Shown one piece after another: positions 33,762-34,194 of a DNA stretch of 34,194 nt (positions are counted from its first letter, which is position 1; every line of letters starts with the position of its first letter). The stretch covers positions 1 through 34,194 of the IMG/VR virus record IMGVR_UViG_3300012665_000077. The stretch is one strand, 5' to 3'. A program made the position numbers and the translations under genes. The notes below the pieces were generated by a model. It worked only from the letters and a program-made list of their open reading frames with translations. It was not told the DNA's origin and ran no database searches. This DNA comes from a virus. Taxonomy: Duplodnaviria > Caudoviricetes.

Positions 33762-34194
33762 AGTTCTGCACTCCATGCGAGATATGCACTTGTATTTGCC
33801 GCCCGTGCAGCCACCGCTTGGCCTGCAATTAAACCAGCAGTAACAAATAAATTGAAAGTTGCATTTGTTGTATTTGCATCGCTAAATGTTGGAACAGAAT
33901 TACAAGTCGTAACAGTACCACTGCCAGAGCGAATTGCGTAATTTGCCGCTGTTCCAGATTGTTCTAGTGCCGTAGGGTTTGTTCTCATTGGGACGGGATA
34001 AAATTGTGTGTGCTGGCTTTGTGTGGTCGAATCTACAAAACCTACTCCTAAGGTATTGCTACCTGAAGCGGCTGGCACAAATTTATAGTAATAGCGTTGG
34101 CAAAGTTGCAACTCAGTTCCATAAGGTCTGTAATCAAAAGATGTTGCGGTACTGCCTTTTTCTAGTTGTACGCCTGTGATGTAGAAGGTTGCGC
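33758..34194 (-). CDS. Tail fibre, 3' part (continuation of the gene starting at 1061)
   Basis: ...GTELQLCQRYY...PVPMRTNPT...WSAEL; frame is continuous through the terminal overlap. Confidence 0.85.
   Translation of the reverse strand, partial: ATFYITGVQLEKGSTATSFDYRPYGTELQLCQRYYYKFVPAASGSNTLGVGFVDSTTQSQHTQFYPVPMRTNPTALEQSGTAANYAIRSGSGTVTTCNSVPTFSDANTTNATFNLFVTAGLIAGQAVAARAANTSAYLAWSAEL
34140..34194. repeat. 55-bp terminal direct repeat (copy 2)
   Basis: Identical to 1-55. Confidence 0.95.

Noticed and set aside
1-34194. Integrase, DNA/RNA polymerase, tRNA genes or genetic-code reassignment
   Set aside because: None is recognisable; standard-code ORFs tile the genome and all three stop codons are used.

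Overview
The window is an apparently complete, circularly permuted ~34.1 kb tailed dsDNA phage genome with a podovirus-like layout. Bases 1-55 are identical to 34140-34194, which looks like an assembly overlap, and the tail-fibre gene runs across that join. Almost all genes are on the minus strand: a Cro-like HTH, RuvC-like resolvase, DUF2800-like nuclease, SSB-like protein, C5 DNA methyltransferase, primase-helicase, terS, terL, an accessory block, portal, scaffold, major capsid, adaptor and tail genes, tail fibre, lysis genes and ejection proteins. A short plus-strand early operon (20301-24065) ends in a 2OG-Fe(II) oxygenase. I found no integrase, DNA polymerase, tRNA or CRISPR array. The host may be a freshwater betaproteobacterium (inference from gene-family style only). 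Most notable observations: (1) the C5 methyltransferase is split over two fully nested reading frames (M.EcoHK31I-like alpha/beta), and both frames cross a G12 tract that could act as a phase-variation switch; (2) a dif/Xer-like 28-mer sits next to a DnaA-box cluster between terS and terL; (3) a ~100-nt structured leader RNA/attenuator lies in the divergent control region; (4) CCGG, CCWGG and GGCC are nearly absent; (5) two glycosyltransferases and a SAM methyltransferase are embedded among head genes. All family assignments come from motif recognition by eye, with no database searches.
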